Assembly: GCA_910577045.1 (NCBI GenBank)
Contig: CAJTLB010000009.1
Location: 19,561-83,560 of the forward strand
DNA from: an uncultured Lachnospiraceae bacterium
Lineage (GTDB): Bacteria; Bacillota; Clostridia; Lachnospirales; Lachnospiraceae
DNA length: 64,000 nt
Reading direction: 5' to 3'
The translations under genes were made by a program, and so were the position numbers. This document shows, piece after piece, positions 1 to 9,259 of the stretch; position 1 is the first letter of the stretch, and each line of letters starts with the position of its first letter. Under the pieces are notes generated by a model, which saw nothing but the letters and a program-made list of their open reading frames with translations, was not told the DNA's origin and did not search any database.

Positions 1-131
1 GACTTACCGCAACCAGATGGGCCTACAAAAATAATAAACTCCTTATCTTCAATTTCAAGATTGAAATCCTTAACTGCTACAAATCCGTTAGGATAAACCT
101 TACAAATATTCTTCAGTGATAAACTAGCCAT
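1..131 (-). CDS. ABC transporter ATP-binding protein, N-terminal part (MsmX/UgpC/MalK-type sugar-importer ATPase); continues beyond the window edge
   Basis: Reverse-complement translation from the ATG at 129-131 gives MASLSLKNICKVYPNGFVAVKDFNLEIEDKEFIIFVGPSGCGKS, with Walker A GPSGCGKS. It is absent from the ORF track because the window truncates it. Confidence 0.8.
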   Translation of the reverse strand, partial: MASLSLKNICKVYPNGFVAVKDFNLEIEDKEFIIFVGPSGCGK

Positions 132-267
132 TTCTTTTCCTCCTAAATATAAATATAATCTGTTTTCTTTTATTAACTAAATCTATTGTACACTATTGAA
201 CAAAAAAAAGCCATATCCCAAATGTCAAAATTTCCTTTGGGCTTTTGGTTATTTTGTATACTGGTAT

Positions 268-1143
268 TTACTGGTGTTCCTCAATAAACCCTTCTCCAAA
301 AACTTCCCTTACATCACTTACTATCATAAAAGCATCCGCATCAATACGCCTGACAATATCTTTTACCTTTACAATTTCCTTTTTTGAGACTACGCAAAAT
401 AATACTTCTTTCTTTTCCCCAGAATACATGCCTACTGCATCCAGCCCGGTAGCCCCCCTGTCTAGCTCCTTCATAATCTGCTTTGCAATTTCCTCATAGT
501 GCTCAGAAATAATATAAGCCAGCTTTGAAAATTTAAGCCCTTCTAAAATCCCATCTGATACCTTAGATACCAAATAAATACAAATAATCGCATAAAGTGC
601 GCGGTTAATGCCAAATACCCAAGCACCTGCCAGCACAATCACCCCATCTAATACCTGCATAATCTGCGCTATTGAATAATGCCGTATAAAATGCTGTATA
701 ATAGCAGCCATTGTATCTGTGCCGCCTGTTGTTGCATTTGCCATTAATACTAAGCCAATTCCAAGCCCGCTTATTACGCCTCCAAAAACCGAAGCTAAGA
801 AAATATCATCTGGCATTAAGTTTTTTTCTGGCATATACCATAATGCTACCGACAACCAAATTGTTGCAAATATGGTTTTTGCAATATAACGCCAGCCTTT
901 TACTTTAATTGCAACTACAAATAAAGGAATATTTAAAAACAAGTTTGTTAGCCAAAGCGGGATGCCACCTTCTATGATTCCTTCTGTTATATTTTTTACA
1001 ATAATGGCAATCCCTGAAAACCCTCCTGTTACTAACGAAACAGGATCAAAAATCCCTTTAATTGCCAATGCCATTAAACTGGTTCCCGCCATAATTAAAA
1101 TATAATCCATCCATGCAGGCCTTAATTTCATACTACACCTCAC
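268..1143 (-). CDS. YitT-family integral membrane protein with C-terminal DUF2179 domain
   Basis: 291-aa ORF with multiple TM segments (GGFSGIAIIV motif). The soluble C-terminal domain (ATGLDAVGMYSGEKKEVLFCVVSKKE...MIVSDVREVFGEGF) is typical of YitT/DUF2179. Confidence 0.85.
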   Translation of the reverse strand: MRCSMKLRPAWMDYILIMAGTSLMALAIKGIFDPVSLVTGGFSGIAIIVKNITEGIIEGGIPLWLTNLFLNIPLFVVAIKVKGWRYIAKTIFATIWLSVALWYMPEKNLMPDDIFLASVFGGVISGLGIGLVLMANATTGGTDTMAAIIQHFIRHYSIAQIMQVLDGVIVLAGAWVFGINRALYAIICIYLVSKVSDGILEGLKFSKLAYIISEHYEEIAKQIMKELDRGATGLDAVGMYSGEKKEVLFCVVSKKEIVKVKDIVRRIDADAFMIVSDVREVFGEGFIEEHQ

Positions 1144-1263
1144 ACCTCATTCCTAAAAATCTGTCACATCCATTCTTCCCCCTTTCTTGCCCAAAAATTC
1201 CCTTTTCTTTTCCTAATTACTATGTTATACTTAGGCTAGGGTGGAAACCCCTACTTAATTATG

Positions 1264-1429
1264 TTTTAACAATTAATAGCAAGGATTCCCTTTTCTCTTA
1301 GGTAGGGGAGGAATTGCTTAAAACAAGTGTAACGGCAGTAGTGGGCGGAGCGAAGGTGGTATCCCCTACTGCCATAAGGCAATCCACGTAATTGTCTTGC
1401 TCCTAACTACCACGAGGGAATTGAAACAA
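1264..1429 (+). repeat. Copy 1 of a dispersed structured non-coding element of about 165 nt (unknown family), directly 5' of the yjfB-like gene
   Basis: About 95% identical to the reverse complement of 13137-13305 and about 70% to the reverse complement of 43307-43464. Starts TTTTAACAATTAATAGCAAGG and ends CACGAGGGAATTGAAACAA. Contains the hairpin GGCAGTAGTGGG...CCCCTACTGCC. No ORF. Confidence 0.75.
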
Positions 1430-1440
1430 GGAGGTATTAT

Positions 1441-1617
1441 ATGAATATTACTGCAATGCCTGGCTTAATGAATGCTGGGAAAGTTTCCTCTGAGATTGGC
1501 ACAGCCATATTAAGCAAAAATCTGGATACCATGGAAGATATGGGAGACAGCATGATTAAAATGATGGAGCAATCTGTTTATCCACACCTTGGACAGAATA
1601 TTGATGCAACTGTATAA
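1441..1617 (+). CDS. YjfB-family small protein (putative motility-associated protein), 58 aa
   Basis: Hand-translated as MNITAMPGLMNAGKVSSEIGTAILSKNLDTMEDMGDSMIKMMEQSVYPHLGQNIDATV. SD AAGGAGG lies 7 nt upstream. The ...MMEQS..PHLG.NID.. tail matches my memory of B. subtilis YjfB-like proteins. Below the 60-aa cutoff of the ORF track. Confidence 0.7.
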   Translation: MNITAMPGLMNAGKVSSEIGTAILSKNLDTMEDMGDSMIKMMEQSVYPHLGQNIDATV

Positions 1618-1627
1618 ACTCAGAAAA

Positions 1628-1656
1628 ATGAGTGCGCACTTAATAGGCGCACTCAT
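1628..1656. terminator. Bidirectional intrinsic terminator between the yjfB-like gene and ridA
   Basis: 10-bp stem ATGAGTGCGC / GCGCACTCAT with a 9-nt loop, flanked by an A-run upstream and T-rich sequence downstream. Confidence 0.6.
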
Positions 1657-1660
1657 AACT

Positions 1661-2035
1661 TTATTTAAGTGCTATTGCCTCAATTTCGATTAATACATCT
1701 TTTGGGAGTCTTGCCACTTCTACACAAGATCGCGCTGGATATACGCCTTGGAAATATTTTGCATAAATCTCATTTATCTTTGCAAAGTCTTCCATATCCT
1801 TAATAAATACTGTTGTTTTAATTACTTGCGCCGTACTGCTGCCAGACTCCTCTAAAAGTGCGGCAAGGTTACTAATTGCCTGTGTAGCCTGCGCCTCAAT
1901 CCCTTCTGGTATTTCTCCTGTAGATGGCACTACTGGAATAATCCCAGAAGTATAAATTATATTGTTTACCTCGATTGCCTGAGAATATGGCCCAATTGCC
2001 TTTGGGGCCTTATCTGTACTTATTGCTTTTTTCAT
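1661..2035 (-). CDS. ridA: RidA family protein (YjgF/TdcF enamine/imine deaminase)
   Basis: 124 aa. [21 protein letters not shown]...[22 protein letters not shown] is the canonical RidA/YjgF signature. Confidence 0.9.
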   Translation of the reverse strand: MKKAISTDKAPKAIGPYSQAIEVNNIIYTSGIIPVVPSTGEIPEGIEAQATQAISNLAALLEESGSSTAQVIKTTVFIKDMEDFAKINEIYAKYFQGVYPARSCVEVARLPKDVLIEIEAIALK

Positions 2036-2053
2036 TTCTTTTCTCCTTTTTTA

Positions 2054-2887
2054 TTAAATTCGTTCTATTGTATGATCTGTAATTTTTACTTTATTTTCCT
2101 TTAACAATCTTCCTATTGCCCGTTTAAAAGCATTTTTACTTATCTGGAACTCCTTCTTTACCTGCTCTGCATCTACACTTTTATCTGTAAATGGAAGGAC
2201 CCCTTTGTATTTTTCCATAACTTTTAATATCTTTTCACAGTCTTCATCCATTTGAAGATATGCTTTTTTTCTTACACTTAAATTTAATTTGCCATCTTCC
2301 CGCACTTCTGTTACCCTTGCTTCTACTAAGTCTCCAGGTACAAAATTCCCAAATACCTCTTTTGCCGGGATTACACCATGATATTTATTATCAATTGCAA
2401 CAAATACACCTATTTCTCTATGCACTTCATAAACTGTGCCATGTACCATATCATCTTTTTTATACGGCGCACTATCTTGCAAAAAATCATAAACGCGCAT
2501 TGTACCACATAACCGGTTGCTTTTATCTACATAAAGCGCCACCAAATATGACTTTCCTATTTTAGGGGTAAAAAGTTGTTCTTTATATGGGACGAATAAA
2601 TCCTTTTCCAGCCCCCAATCACAAAAAGCCCCTACTTGGTTTACCTCTTTTACAGCAAGAAGCGCAATTTCGCCTAACTGCATTTTGGGTTCTCTTGTTG
2701 TAGCAATTAAACGATCTTCTGAATCTCGGTAAATAAACACTGTAAGCGTATCACCAATTTTACTATTTTCTGGCACCTGTTTTTTAGGAAGCAAAACCTT
2801 TTCTTCCTTCCCTAGTTCACCCAAATATACACCAAAATCAACTTCTTTAACAATAACCAATCTTTGTTTTATTCCTATTTTTATCAT
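2054..2887 (-). CDS. cvfB: CvfB/YitL-family S1-like RNA-binding protein
   Basis: 277 aa with repeated S1-like segments (VDFGVYL..., GAFCDWGLEKDLFVP, IGVFVAIDNKYHGVIP) and a C-terminal winged-helix-like tail, as in CvfB. Confidence 0.8.
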   Translation of the reverse strand: MIKIGIKQRLVIVKEVDFGVYLGELGKEEKVLLPKKQVPENSKIGDTLTVFIYRDSEDRLIATTREPKMQLGEIALLAVKEVNQVGAFCDWGLEKDLFVPYKEQLFTPKIGKSYLVALYVDKSNRLCGTMRVYDFLQDSAPYKKDDMVHGTVYEVHREIGVFVAIDNKYHGVIPAKEVFGNFVPGDLVEARVTEVREDGKLNLSVRKKAYLQMDEDCEKILKVMEKYKGVLPFTDKSVDAEQVKKEFQISKNAFKRAIGRLLKENKVKITDHTIERI

Positions 2888-2933
2888 ATATTCCTCCGCC
2901 GCATTATTCTGCTTTGCCAGCCTTTTACCCTAC

Positions 2934-3638
2934 CTATGCGGCAAATGCAATAACGGCATATGCTTTTCCTTCTTTATCATTTAAAGATACTGTATATCCT
3001 TCCTCTGTCTTTATCACTACTGGATAAATACAATCCCCAAAAACAGCCGATTTTTTATACTCAGCCCGTAACCCAGTAACAGCAGATAACGTTGGGATAC
3101 ATTCTTGTGCCATTCGGATATATTGCCCATTATTAACATGGCCATTTGTATCAATTTGATATTGCCGAACTGGAAAGGGATCTTTTTGTATCCCTCCCTC
3201 TGGCATAGGGACTTTCCGCCCAGCATACTCCATATCCAGCTTTGGCTCATTACCATATGCCTTTAATGTTTCTTCTGTAATTTTTGATGGCCTTCCCTTT
3301 TCTAAATCATAAAACACCCAAATAGAATTAGCTTTTACTAAATGTTCCTCATTTTTATTATTTATAACAAAATTACGATAGCCATACATTCCTTCAAACC
3401 CATACGCCCATGTCCCAACCGTAATTCTTTCCCCAAGTAAGGGAAGCTTTTCAATCTGTAATTGCCATGAATTTAAAAGCCATACTTTTTTCTGCTCTTT
3501 TAAATATTCTACACCTATCCCTAGATCCTCTGACTGGAATGTACTACAGTCCTGCATATAGTTAATGATAGAACTTAATGCTAGTGTACCTTCCTTACTA
3601 ATCTCACTATAGCGCACCCGGCTGTCAAATGTATACAT
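2934..3638 (-). CDS. Acyl-ACP thioesterase
   Basis: 234 aa. The N-terminus MYTFDSRVRYSEISKEGTLALSSIINYMQDCSTFQSEDLGIG and the double hotdog layout are typical of bacterial FatA/B-like acyl-ACP thioesterases. Confidence 0.85.
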   Translation of the reverse strand: MYTFDSRVRYSEISKEGTLALSSIINYMQDCSTFQSEDLGIGVEYLKEQKKVWLLNSWQLQIEKLPLLGERITVGTWAYGFEGMYGYRNFVINNKNEEHLVKANSIWVFYDLEKGRPSKITEETLKAYGNEPKLDMEYAGRKVPMPEGGIQKDPFPVRQYQIDTNGHVNNGQYIRMAQECIPTLSAVTGLRAEYKKSAVFGDCIYPVVIKTEEGYTVSLNDKEGKAYAVIAFAA

Positions 3639-3668
3639 ACTCCCTCGTTTCTGCCTTATGTCCTTATC

Positions 3669-4163
3669 TTAGTTTGCATAATAACTAGCTTCATATTCTT
3701 CAATAATCGTTTTCAGTGAATCAAACCTTCCACTGTAAATAATCTCTAGTAAATCATTTAACTGTAACAAAGACATTTGTAGCTCTTCTCTTGTAACCAG
3801 GCCTTCTTTATCTGCCACAGCTAACTCATCCAAATCTACAACTTGTACCATGCCATCTGGCATTATAATCACATCAGCCAGCAAATCGGTAAACACATAT
3901 ACATTTGTTTCTTTATTAAAATCTGTTTTAATAATATCACAATACCAATAATAGAGTGAACCATCTTTCTTTATTCTCTTTGATACTTTAATTCCTTTTT
4001 CTAAAAAATAACAAGAAAATCCCTCTGAAAATTCTACCCTTGGCTTTAAGCTTTTCCAATGAGTAACCATTAATTCTTTATCCAGCCTTAGGATTTCATC
4101 ATCCTTTAATTCTATACATTCCTTAGGAATCATGCGTTTCCTATAAAGTTTCACTTCCTTCAT
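3669..4163 (-). CDS. DUF402 domain protein (nucleoside tri/diphosphatase-like)
   Basis: The ORF track gives 3669-4190. I trimmed the start to the ATG (MKEVKLYRK...) that lies 6 nt after SD AGGGGG. The ...YYWYCDIIK...DLLADVIIMPDG..VVDLDELA core resembles DUF402. Confidence 0.7.
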   Translation of the reverse strand: MKEVKLYRKRMIPKECIELKDDEILRLDKELMVTHWKSLKPRVEFSEGFSCYFLEKGIKVSKRIKKDGSLYYWYCDIIKTDFNKETNVYVFTDLLADVIIMPDGMVQVVDLDELAVADKEGLVTREELQMSLLQLNDLLEIIYSGRFDSLKTIIEEYEASYYAN

Positions 4164-4193
4164 GCACATCCCCCTATTCCTTTTATACAATCC

Positions 4194-4679
4194 CTATACC
4201 ATTAATGTAATATCCCGGTTTGTATGCACATATTGATAATACTGGATGCCTGCAGCATCAAACATCCTTTTTGACGCAATAACAGCAGGCGTATTTGCAT
4301 ACTTATCACTATCATACACTACTGTTTTAATGCCTGCCTGTATAATTGCCTTTGCACATTCATTACATGGAAAAAGTGTAACATAAATTTTCGCGCCTTC
4401 TAAACTACCTCCCCGGTAATTTAAAATGGCATTAAGCTCGCCATGAGTAGAATAAAAATATTTATTGTCAGGCGCGTCCCCTTCCCTGCACCATGGGAAT
4501 TCACTATCCGAACAGCCATTTGGGAATCCATTATACCCCATTGACAAAATCTTATTATCCTCACTGACAATACATGCCCCTACTTGGGTGCCTGGATCTT
4601 TTGACCTCATTCCAGATAAAATTGCTACCCCCATAAAATACTCATCCCATGAAATATAATCTGTCCTTTTCCCCTCCAT
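4194..4679 (-). CDS. comEB: dCMP deaminase (ComEB-type)
   Basis: The true start is MEGKRTDYISWDEYFMGVA. It has the zinc motifs HGELNA and PCNECAKAI. The ORF-track N-terminal extension to 4961 overlaps upp and is an artefact. Confidence 0.85.
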   Translation of the reverse strand: MEGKRTDYISWDEYFMGVAILSGMRSKDPGTQVGACIVSEDNKILSMGYNGFPNGCSDSEFPWCREGDAPDNKYFYSTHGELNAILNYRGGSLEGAKIYVTLFPCNECAKAIIQAGIKTVVYDSDKYANTPAVIASKRMFDAAGIQYYQYVHTNRDITLMV

Positions 4680-4693
4680 TGTTCCCACCTCAC

Positions 4694-5323
4694 TTACTTT
4701 GTACCAAAAATACGGTCTCCAGCATCCCCAAGCCCTGGGACAATATATCCATGCTCGTTTAAACAAGAATCCAATGCCCCTATATAAATATCTACATCTG
4801 GATGTTCCCTTTGCATCTTCTCCATTCCTTCTGGAGCCGCTATAATACACATAAACCGGATTTTTCCTACTCCTCTTTCTTTTAAAAGGCGAATCGCTGC
4901 AACAGAAGACCCTCCTGTTGCAAGCATAGGATCTACTACAAAAACATCTCTTTCTGCACAATCCTCTGGCAGCTTACAATAATATTCCACTGGCTCTAAC
5001 GTCTCTGGATCACGGTATAGCCCTATATGCCCTACTTTTGCTGCTGGGACCATAGTAAGCATACCTTCTACCATGCCGAGCCCTGCACGTAAGATTGGCA
5101 CAATTGCCAGCTTTTTTCCTTGTAACTCTTTTGCAGCCATCTTTGCTATTGGTGTCTCAATTTCTATATCCGAAAGCTTTAAATCCCTAGTTGCCTCATA
5201 ACACATTAACATAGCAATTTCACTAATCATTTCCCGGAATTCTTTTGACCCGGTTTCCTTCCTGCGTATAATCCCGATTTTATGTTGTATTAATGGATGA
5301 TCCATCACAAATACATTGGACAT
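4694..5323 (-). CDS. upp: Uracil phosphoribosyltransferase
   Basis: 209 aa. [20 protein letters not shown]...[11 protein letters not shown]...[17 protein letters not shown] is the canonical Upp sequence. Confidence 0.95.
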   Translation of the reverse strand: MSNVFVMDHPLIQHKIGIIRRKETGSKEFREMISEIAMLMCYEATRDLKLSDIEIETPIAKMAAKELQGKKLAIVPILRAGLGMVEGMLTMVPAAKVGHIGLYRDPETLEPVEYYCKLPEDCAERDVFVVDPMLATGGSSVAAIRLLKERGVGKIRFMCIIAAPEGMEKMQREHPDVDIYIGALDSCLNEHGYIVPGLGDAGDRIFGTK

Positions 5324-5332
5324 ATAACCCTC

Positions 5333-5761
5333 CTATTGTTCTATCAAGCATATCCTTCTCATATGCCTTTCATCATTTGAAAAAGGGGTATCTAAAAAAG
5401 TATCTACAATTTTTAAAGCTAATCCTGCCCCTACTACTCTTCCGCCAAGGCACAACACATTTGCATCATTATGCTGCCTTGTAGCCTCTGCACAAAAACA
5501 ATCTGTACATAATGCGGCGCGTATTCCTGGTACTTTATTCGCTGCTATAGAAATCCCTATCCCTGTCCCACAAATAAGGATGCCTTTTTCACAATTCCCT
5601 TCTGTTATTTCTTTTGTTACTAACTTTGCATAAACAGGATAATCACAAGAATCTTCATTATAACAGCCAAAATCCTGATATTCGATCCCTTTTTTCTCCA
5701 AATGCTTTATAACTTCTTGTTTTAAAGCATACCCGCCATGATCACTTCCTATTGCAATCAT
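5333..5761 (-). CDS. rpiB: Ribose-5-phosphate isomerase B
   Basis: 142 aa. MIAIGSDHGGYALKQEVIKHL...ILICGTGIGISIAANK...RQHNDANVLCLGGRV is the RpiB/LacAB signature. Confidence 0.9.
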   Translation of the reverse strand: MIAIGSDHGGYALKQEVIKHLEKKGIEYQDFGCYNEDSCDYPVYAKLVTKEITEGNCEKGILICGTGIGISIAANKVPGIRAALCTDCFCAEATRQHNDANVLCLGGRVVGAGLALKIVDTFLDTPFSNDERHMRRICLIEQ

Positions 5762-6227
5762 TTCTAACCTCCTTTTCTTCTTCTAAAAATAATTTTTCAG
5801 CAACTAGCTTTACCAATACACTAACCCGTTCAAAACACTCTGTATATACTTGCAAATCTCCGCCGGCTGGATCTTCTACATCGCCTTCCCCATCTAAAAA
5901 CTCATTGATAGTATATACATTAATAGCAGTTTCATATTGCTCATAAATACTTCTTTTTTGCTGCTCTGTCATAGTCAGCACTAACGTACGCTCATTTAGG
6001 TCCTCTTCCTGGAAAGGTATGGAACTTGGATGGACAAGAGGTATGCCAAACCCTTCCGCTGCCATTGCAGCCTTTGGGTTAATTGGTTCTGGGAATAACA
6101 CTACCATACCCCTTGAAGCTGTTGTAAGCTCCTTCCCTTTAATTAATTCCCGCATAACTCCTTCTGCCATAGGACCTTTACATGTGTCATCTGATGATAC
6201 AAAAATTACCCTATCATATTTTTCCAT
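5742..6227 (-). CDS. Low-molecular-weight phosphatase (YwlE-like) homologue with a degenerate CX5R(S/T) P-loop
   Basis: 161 aa in the conserved ywlC-ywlE-rpiB-upp context. The P-loop reads VIFVSSDDTCKGPMAEG where YwlE-type enzymes have FVCTGNTCRSPMAE. The acid motif DVEDPAGG is retained. Confidence 0.7.
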   Translation of the reverse strand: MEKYDRVIFVSSDDTCKGPMAEGVMRELIKGKELTTASRGMVVLFPEPINPKAAMAAEGFGIPLVHPSSIPFQEEDLNERTLVLTMTEQQKRSIYEQYETAINVYTINEFLDGEGDVEDPAGGDLQVYTECFERVSVLVKLVAEKLFLEEEKEVRNDCNRK

Positions 6228-6238
6228 TCAGTGTCTCC

Positions 6239-7291
6239 TTACAGCCTGATAATCTGATGCCCTGCCGCTTTTATCAGGCGGTTCATAATGGCCTGTCCCA
6301 GGTTTTCCTCCGAAAATGCTTCCGAAAAAATATACTCTGTTCCCATTTTATCAAATTCTCTAAGTACAGAAAATAAATGTTTTGCTATACTTGCTTCATC
6401 TTTCCTTGTCCCGATTACCCTTACACTATCCCCACAATAAAAACCTTTTGTTTCCTCTGTAGCAATAATGCCTATTTTATATCCTTGTTTCCTCTTTTCC
6501 TCTGCTAAATAATTAATTTTTGCAACAACCTGCGATAATTCCCCTTCTACAATAAAAAGCTCCGCCTTTGGCGCATAATGGCGGTATTTCATGCCAGGCG
6601 CTTTTGGTTTCACTGGTTCTTTCATATCCCCAGCAAGAAAAGGATCTACCTGTATCTTTCCAATGGCTTGTTCTAACATTGGCATAGTAATATAACCAGG
6701 CCGAAGCAGCATAGGTGGTTCCACGGTCATATCCATAATAGTAGATTCTATCCCAATCCCTACATTTCCCCCGTCAATAAGCATATCGATCTTACCATAT
6801 AAATCTTCTTTCACATGGGAAGCTTGTGTCGGGCTTGGTTTTCCTGAAGTATTGGCACTAGGGGCAGCAATCACTGTCCTACTCTCTTTTATTAATTTTT
6901 GCGCTACTGGATGTGACGGCATACGGACAGCCACTGTATCCAGGCCTCCTGTTGTTTCAAAGGGAACTTCCTTCTTTTTCCTAAAAATAAGCGTCAAAGG
7001 CCCCGGCCAAAACTCCTTCATTAGCTTTTTTGCCTTTTCATTCACCTCCTCTGCAACCCGTCCAAGTTCTTCAACCTCTGCGATATGAATAATTAAAGGA
7101 TTATCAGATGGCCTGCCTTTTGCCTGGTAGATTTGTGCTGCTGCTGCCTTATTCATGGCATCTGCCCCCAAGCCATAAACTGTCTCTGTAGGAAAAGCCA
7201 CAAGCCCTCCATTATGGATAATCTGTGCCGCCTGCTGATAGACTTCCTTATCCTCTGGAGAATTTGTTATCTTCTTTATAATTGTATCCAT
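6239..7291 (-). CDS. tsaC: L-threonylcarbamoyladenylate synthase (Sua5/YwlC type, with C-terminal Sua5 domain)
   Basis: 350 aa. GGLVAFPTETVYGLGADA...KGRPSDNPLIIH...VAVRMPSHPVA...IAAPSANTSGKPSPT are canonical YrdC/Sua5 motifs. Confidence 0.9.
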   Translation of the reverse strand: MDTIIKKITNSPEDKEVYQQAAQIIHNGGLVAFPTETVYGLGADAMNKAAAAQIYQAKGRPSDNPLIIHIAEVEELGRVAEEVNEKAKKLMKEFWPGPLTLIFRKKKEVPFETTGGLDTVAVRMPSHPVAQKLIKESRTVIAAPSANTSGKPSPTQASHVKEDLYGKIDMLIDGGNVGIGIESTIMDMTVEPPMLLRPGYITMPMLEQAIGKIQVDPFLAGDMKEPVKPKAPGMKYRHYAPKAELFIVEGELSQVVAKINYLAEEKRKQGYKIGIIATEETKGFYCGDSVRVIGTRKDEASIAKHLFSVLREFDKMGTEYIFSEAFSEENLGQAIMNRLIKAAGHQIIRL

Positions 7292-7396
7292 TATTCCCTC
7301 ATTTCTGCATATATCAACCGCCAGAGTTTGTAATTATTATTCAGCATGAGTATACCACATAGTTTCCATTTATGCAAATTTTTGTTAAAAGCTGCC

Positions 7397-9256
7397 CTAT
7401 CCCTCTTCTTTATGGAAAAACTGATACACCTGTTTTGCTGCCCGTTCATTCATGCTAGGGACTTCCTTTAAAGTTTTGATATCTGCCTTCCTAATCTCAT
7501 CTAAACCTTTAAAATACTTCATTAAAGCCCTGCGCCTTGTTGCCCCAATCCCCTCTATATCATCCAAAATAGAATGGACTTGATCTTTCGACCGCAGGCT
7601 CCTATGGTATTCAATTGCAAACCTATGTGCCTCATCCTGGATTCTTGTAATTAAACGGAACCCTTCACTATTCCGTTCTATTGGTATTTCTTTATTTTGG
7701 TAATATAACCCCCTTGTATGGTGGTTCTCATCTTTTACCATGCCACAGACAGGAATCACAAGCCCTAATTCTTTTAACACCTTTAATGCCACATTTACCT
7801 GCCCCCGCCCGCCATCCATCATAATTAAATCCGGGAAACGGACAAAACTGCCAAAACCATCTGGTTCCTTCCTTATCTCTTCCAAGCCATGCTCAAACCG
7901 TCTCCTTAATACTTCCTCCATACTTGCATAATCATCTGGCCCTATTACTGTCTTTATTTTAAACTTACGGTAATCGCTCCTCTTTGGCTTCCCATCTTCA
8001 TAAACTACCATAGAACCCACTGATTCCATGCCGCTTGTATTGGATATATCAAATGCTTCTATCCTTTTTACTCCTGTTATCCCTATCCATTCTTCTATTT
8101 GGCGTATTGCCCCAAATGTCCTTAATTCTTCCCTTTTTATTTTTTCCTTATCTTGCTCTAATACCATGCTGGCATTTTTAAATGCTAATTCTACTAAGCG
8201 TTCTTTTTGCCCTTTCTTGGGTACATGGATATAAACTTTAGAACCCTTTTTCTTAGAAAGCCACTCTGCTAAAAGCCCTTCTTCCTCTGGGGCTGCCTGA
8301 AGCATAAGTTCCCTTGGGATAAAGGGAGTCCCAGCATAATACTGTTTAATAAAACTGTTAAGGATCTGCTTTTTTTCTTCTTGTACAGCGACATTTAGGT
8401 GAAAATGCTCCCTTCCTATTAATTTCCCGCCTCGTATAAAAAATACTTGTACTACTGCATCAGGCCCGTCACAAGAACAGGCAATCACATCCCTGTCTTC
8501 TATATCGCTGCTAGTAATCTTCTGTTTTTGGGATATTTGTTTTACACTATTTAATAAATCCCGATATTCCATTGCTTGTTCATATTCCATTGCCTCAGAA
8601 GCCGCCAGCATTTTTTCTTCCAAATTTTTTAAAATCCCATCATAATTCCCATTTAAAAAATCCATTGCCTTCCTAATGGATTCCCTATACTCCTCTTTTG
8701 AAATATATCCTTGACAGGGAGCTTTACATTGTTTAATATGAAAATTTAAACATGGCCGGCTTTTCCCTATATCCTTAGGCAAATTCCTATTACAAGTCCG
8801 TATTTGATAAAGCTTCCTTAAAAGTTCCAATATATTTTTAACTGCCCAAGCACTTGTATAGGGGCCGTAATATTTGGATTTATCCTTCTTCATTGTATGG
8901 GAAAATAAAATTCTAGGATATTCTTCTGATACTGTCACCTTAATGTATGGATAACCTTTGTCATCTTTTAGCATAGTATTATACCGTGGCCTATGTTCTT
9001 TTATTAAATTACATTCTAATACTAATGCCTCTAGCTCTGAATCTGTAATAATATACTCAAAACGGCGGATATGGGATACCATCTGTTCAATTTTTGCCGT
9101 TTTATTCCTGCTTTGCTGGAAATACTGGCGCACCCGGTTTTTTAACACTACCGCCTTGCCGATATAAATAATTTCATCTTTTTCTCCGTGCATAATATAC
9201 ACGCCTGGCTTTGCCGGCAGTTTCTTTAATTCCTCTTCAATATTAAACATCGCCAC
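7397..9256 (-). CDS. uvrC: Excinuclease ABC subunit C
   Basis: 619 aa with an N-terminal GIY-YIG ([19 protein letters not shown]...), a UVR domain, an endonuclease V-like domain and a C-terminal (HhH)2. Confidence 0.95.
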   Translation of the reverse strand: MAMFNIEEELKKLPAKPGVYIMHGEKDEIIYIGKAVVLKNRVRQYFQQSRNKTAKIEQMVSHIRRFEYIITDSELEALVLECNLIKEHRPRYNTMLKDDKGYPYIKVTVSEEYPRILFSHTMKKDKSKYYGPYTSAWAVKNILELLRKLYQIRTCNRNLPKDIGKSRPCLNFHIKQCKAPCQGYISKEEYRESIRKAMDFLNGNYDGILKNLEEKMLAASEAMEYEQAMEYRDLLNSVKQISQKQKITSSDIEDRDVIACSCDGPDAVVQVFFIRGGKLIGREHFHLNVAVQEEKKQILNSFIKQYYAGTPFIPRELMLQAAPEEEGLLAEWLSKKKGSKVYIHVPKKGQKERLVELAFKNASMVLEQDKEKIKREELRTFGAIRQIEEWIGITGVKRIEAFDISNTSGMESVGSMVVYEDGKPKRSDYRKFKIKTVIGPDDYASMEEVLRRRFEHGLEEIRKEPDGFGSFVRFPDLIMMDGGRGQVNVALKVLKELGLVIPVCGMVKDENHHTRGLYYQNKEIPIERNSEGFRLITRIQDEAHRFAIEYHRSLRSKDQVHSILDDIEGIGATRRRALMKYFKGLDEIRKADIKTLKEVPSMNERAAKQVYQFFHKEEG

Positions 9257-9259
9257 TCC

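Noticed and set aside
1381-1429. CRISPR array, suggested by the repeat-like ...GTGGATTGAAAC termini at 1381-1429, 13137-13180 and 43307-43345
   Set aside because: The three units are 12-30 kb apart. Each is embedded in a longer conserved element. They are not separated by spacer-sized unique sequences, and no cas gene is in the window. I report them as a dispersed repeat family, not as CRISPR.
1144-1440. c-di-GMP or other known riboswitch in the long leader of the motility-associated yjfB-like gene
   Set aside because: I could not find the GEMM-I/II conserved cores as I remember them (for example the GGCAAA...CGAAAG...GGGACGCAAAGCC-type segments). The same sequence also precedes the unrelated genes ftsH and rlmD.
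4680-4961. The N-terminal extension of track ORF 4194-4961 (255 aa)
   Set aside because: The extension overlaps the 3' part of upp in another frame and is Cys/Arg-rich nonsense. dCMP deaminase homology begins at MEGKRTDY (4679).
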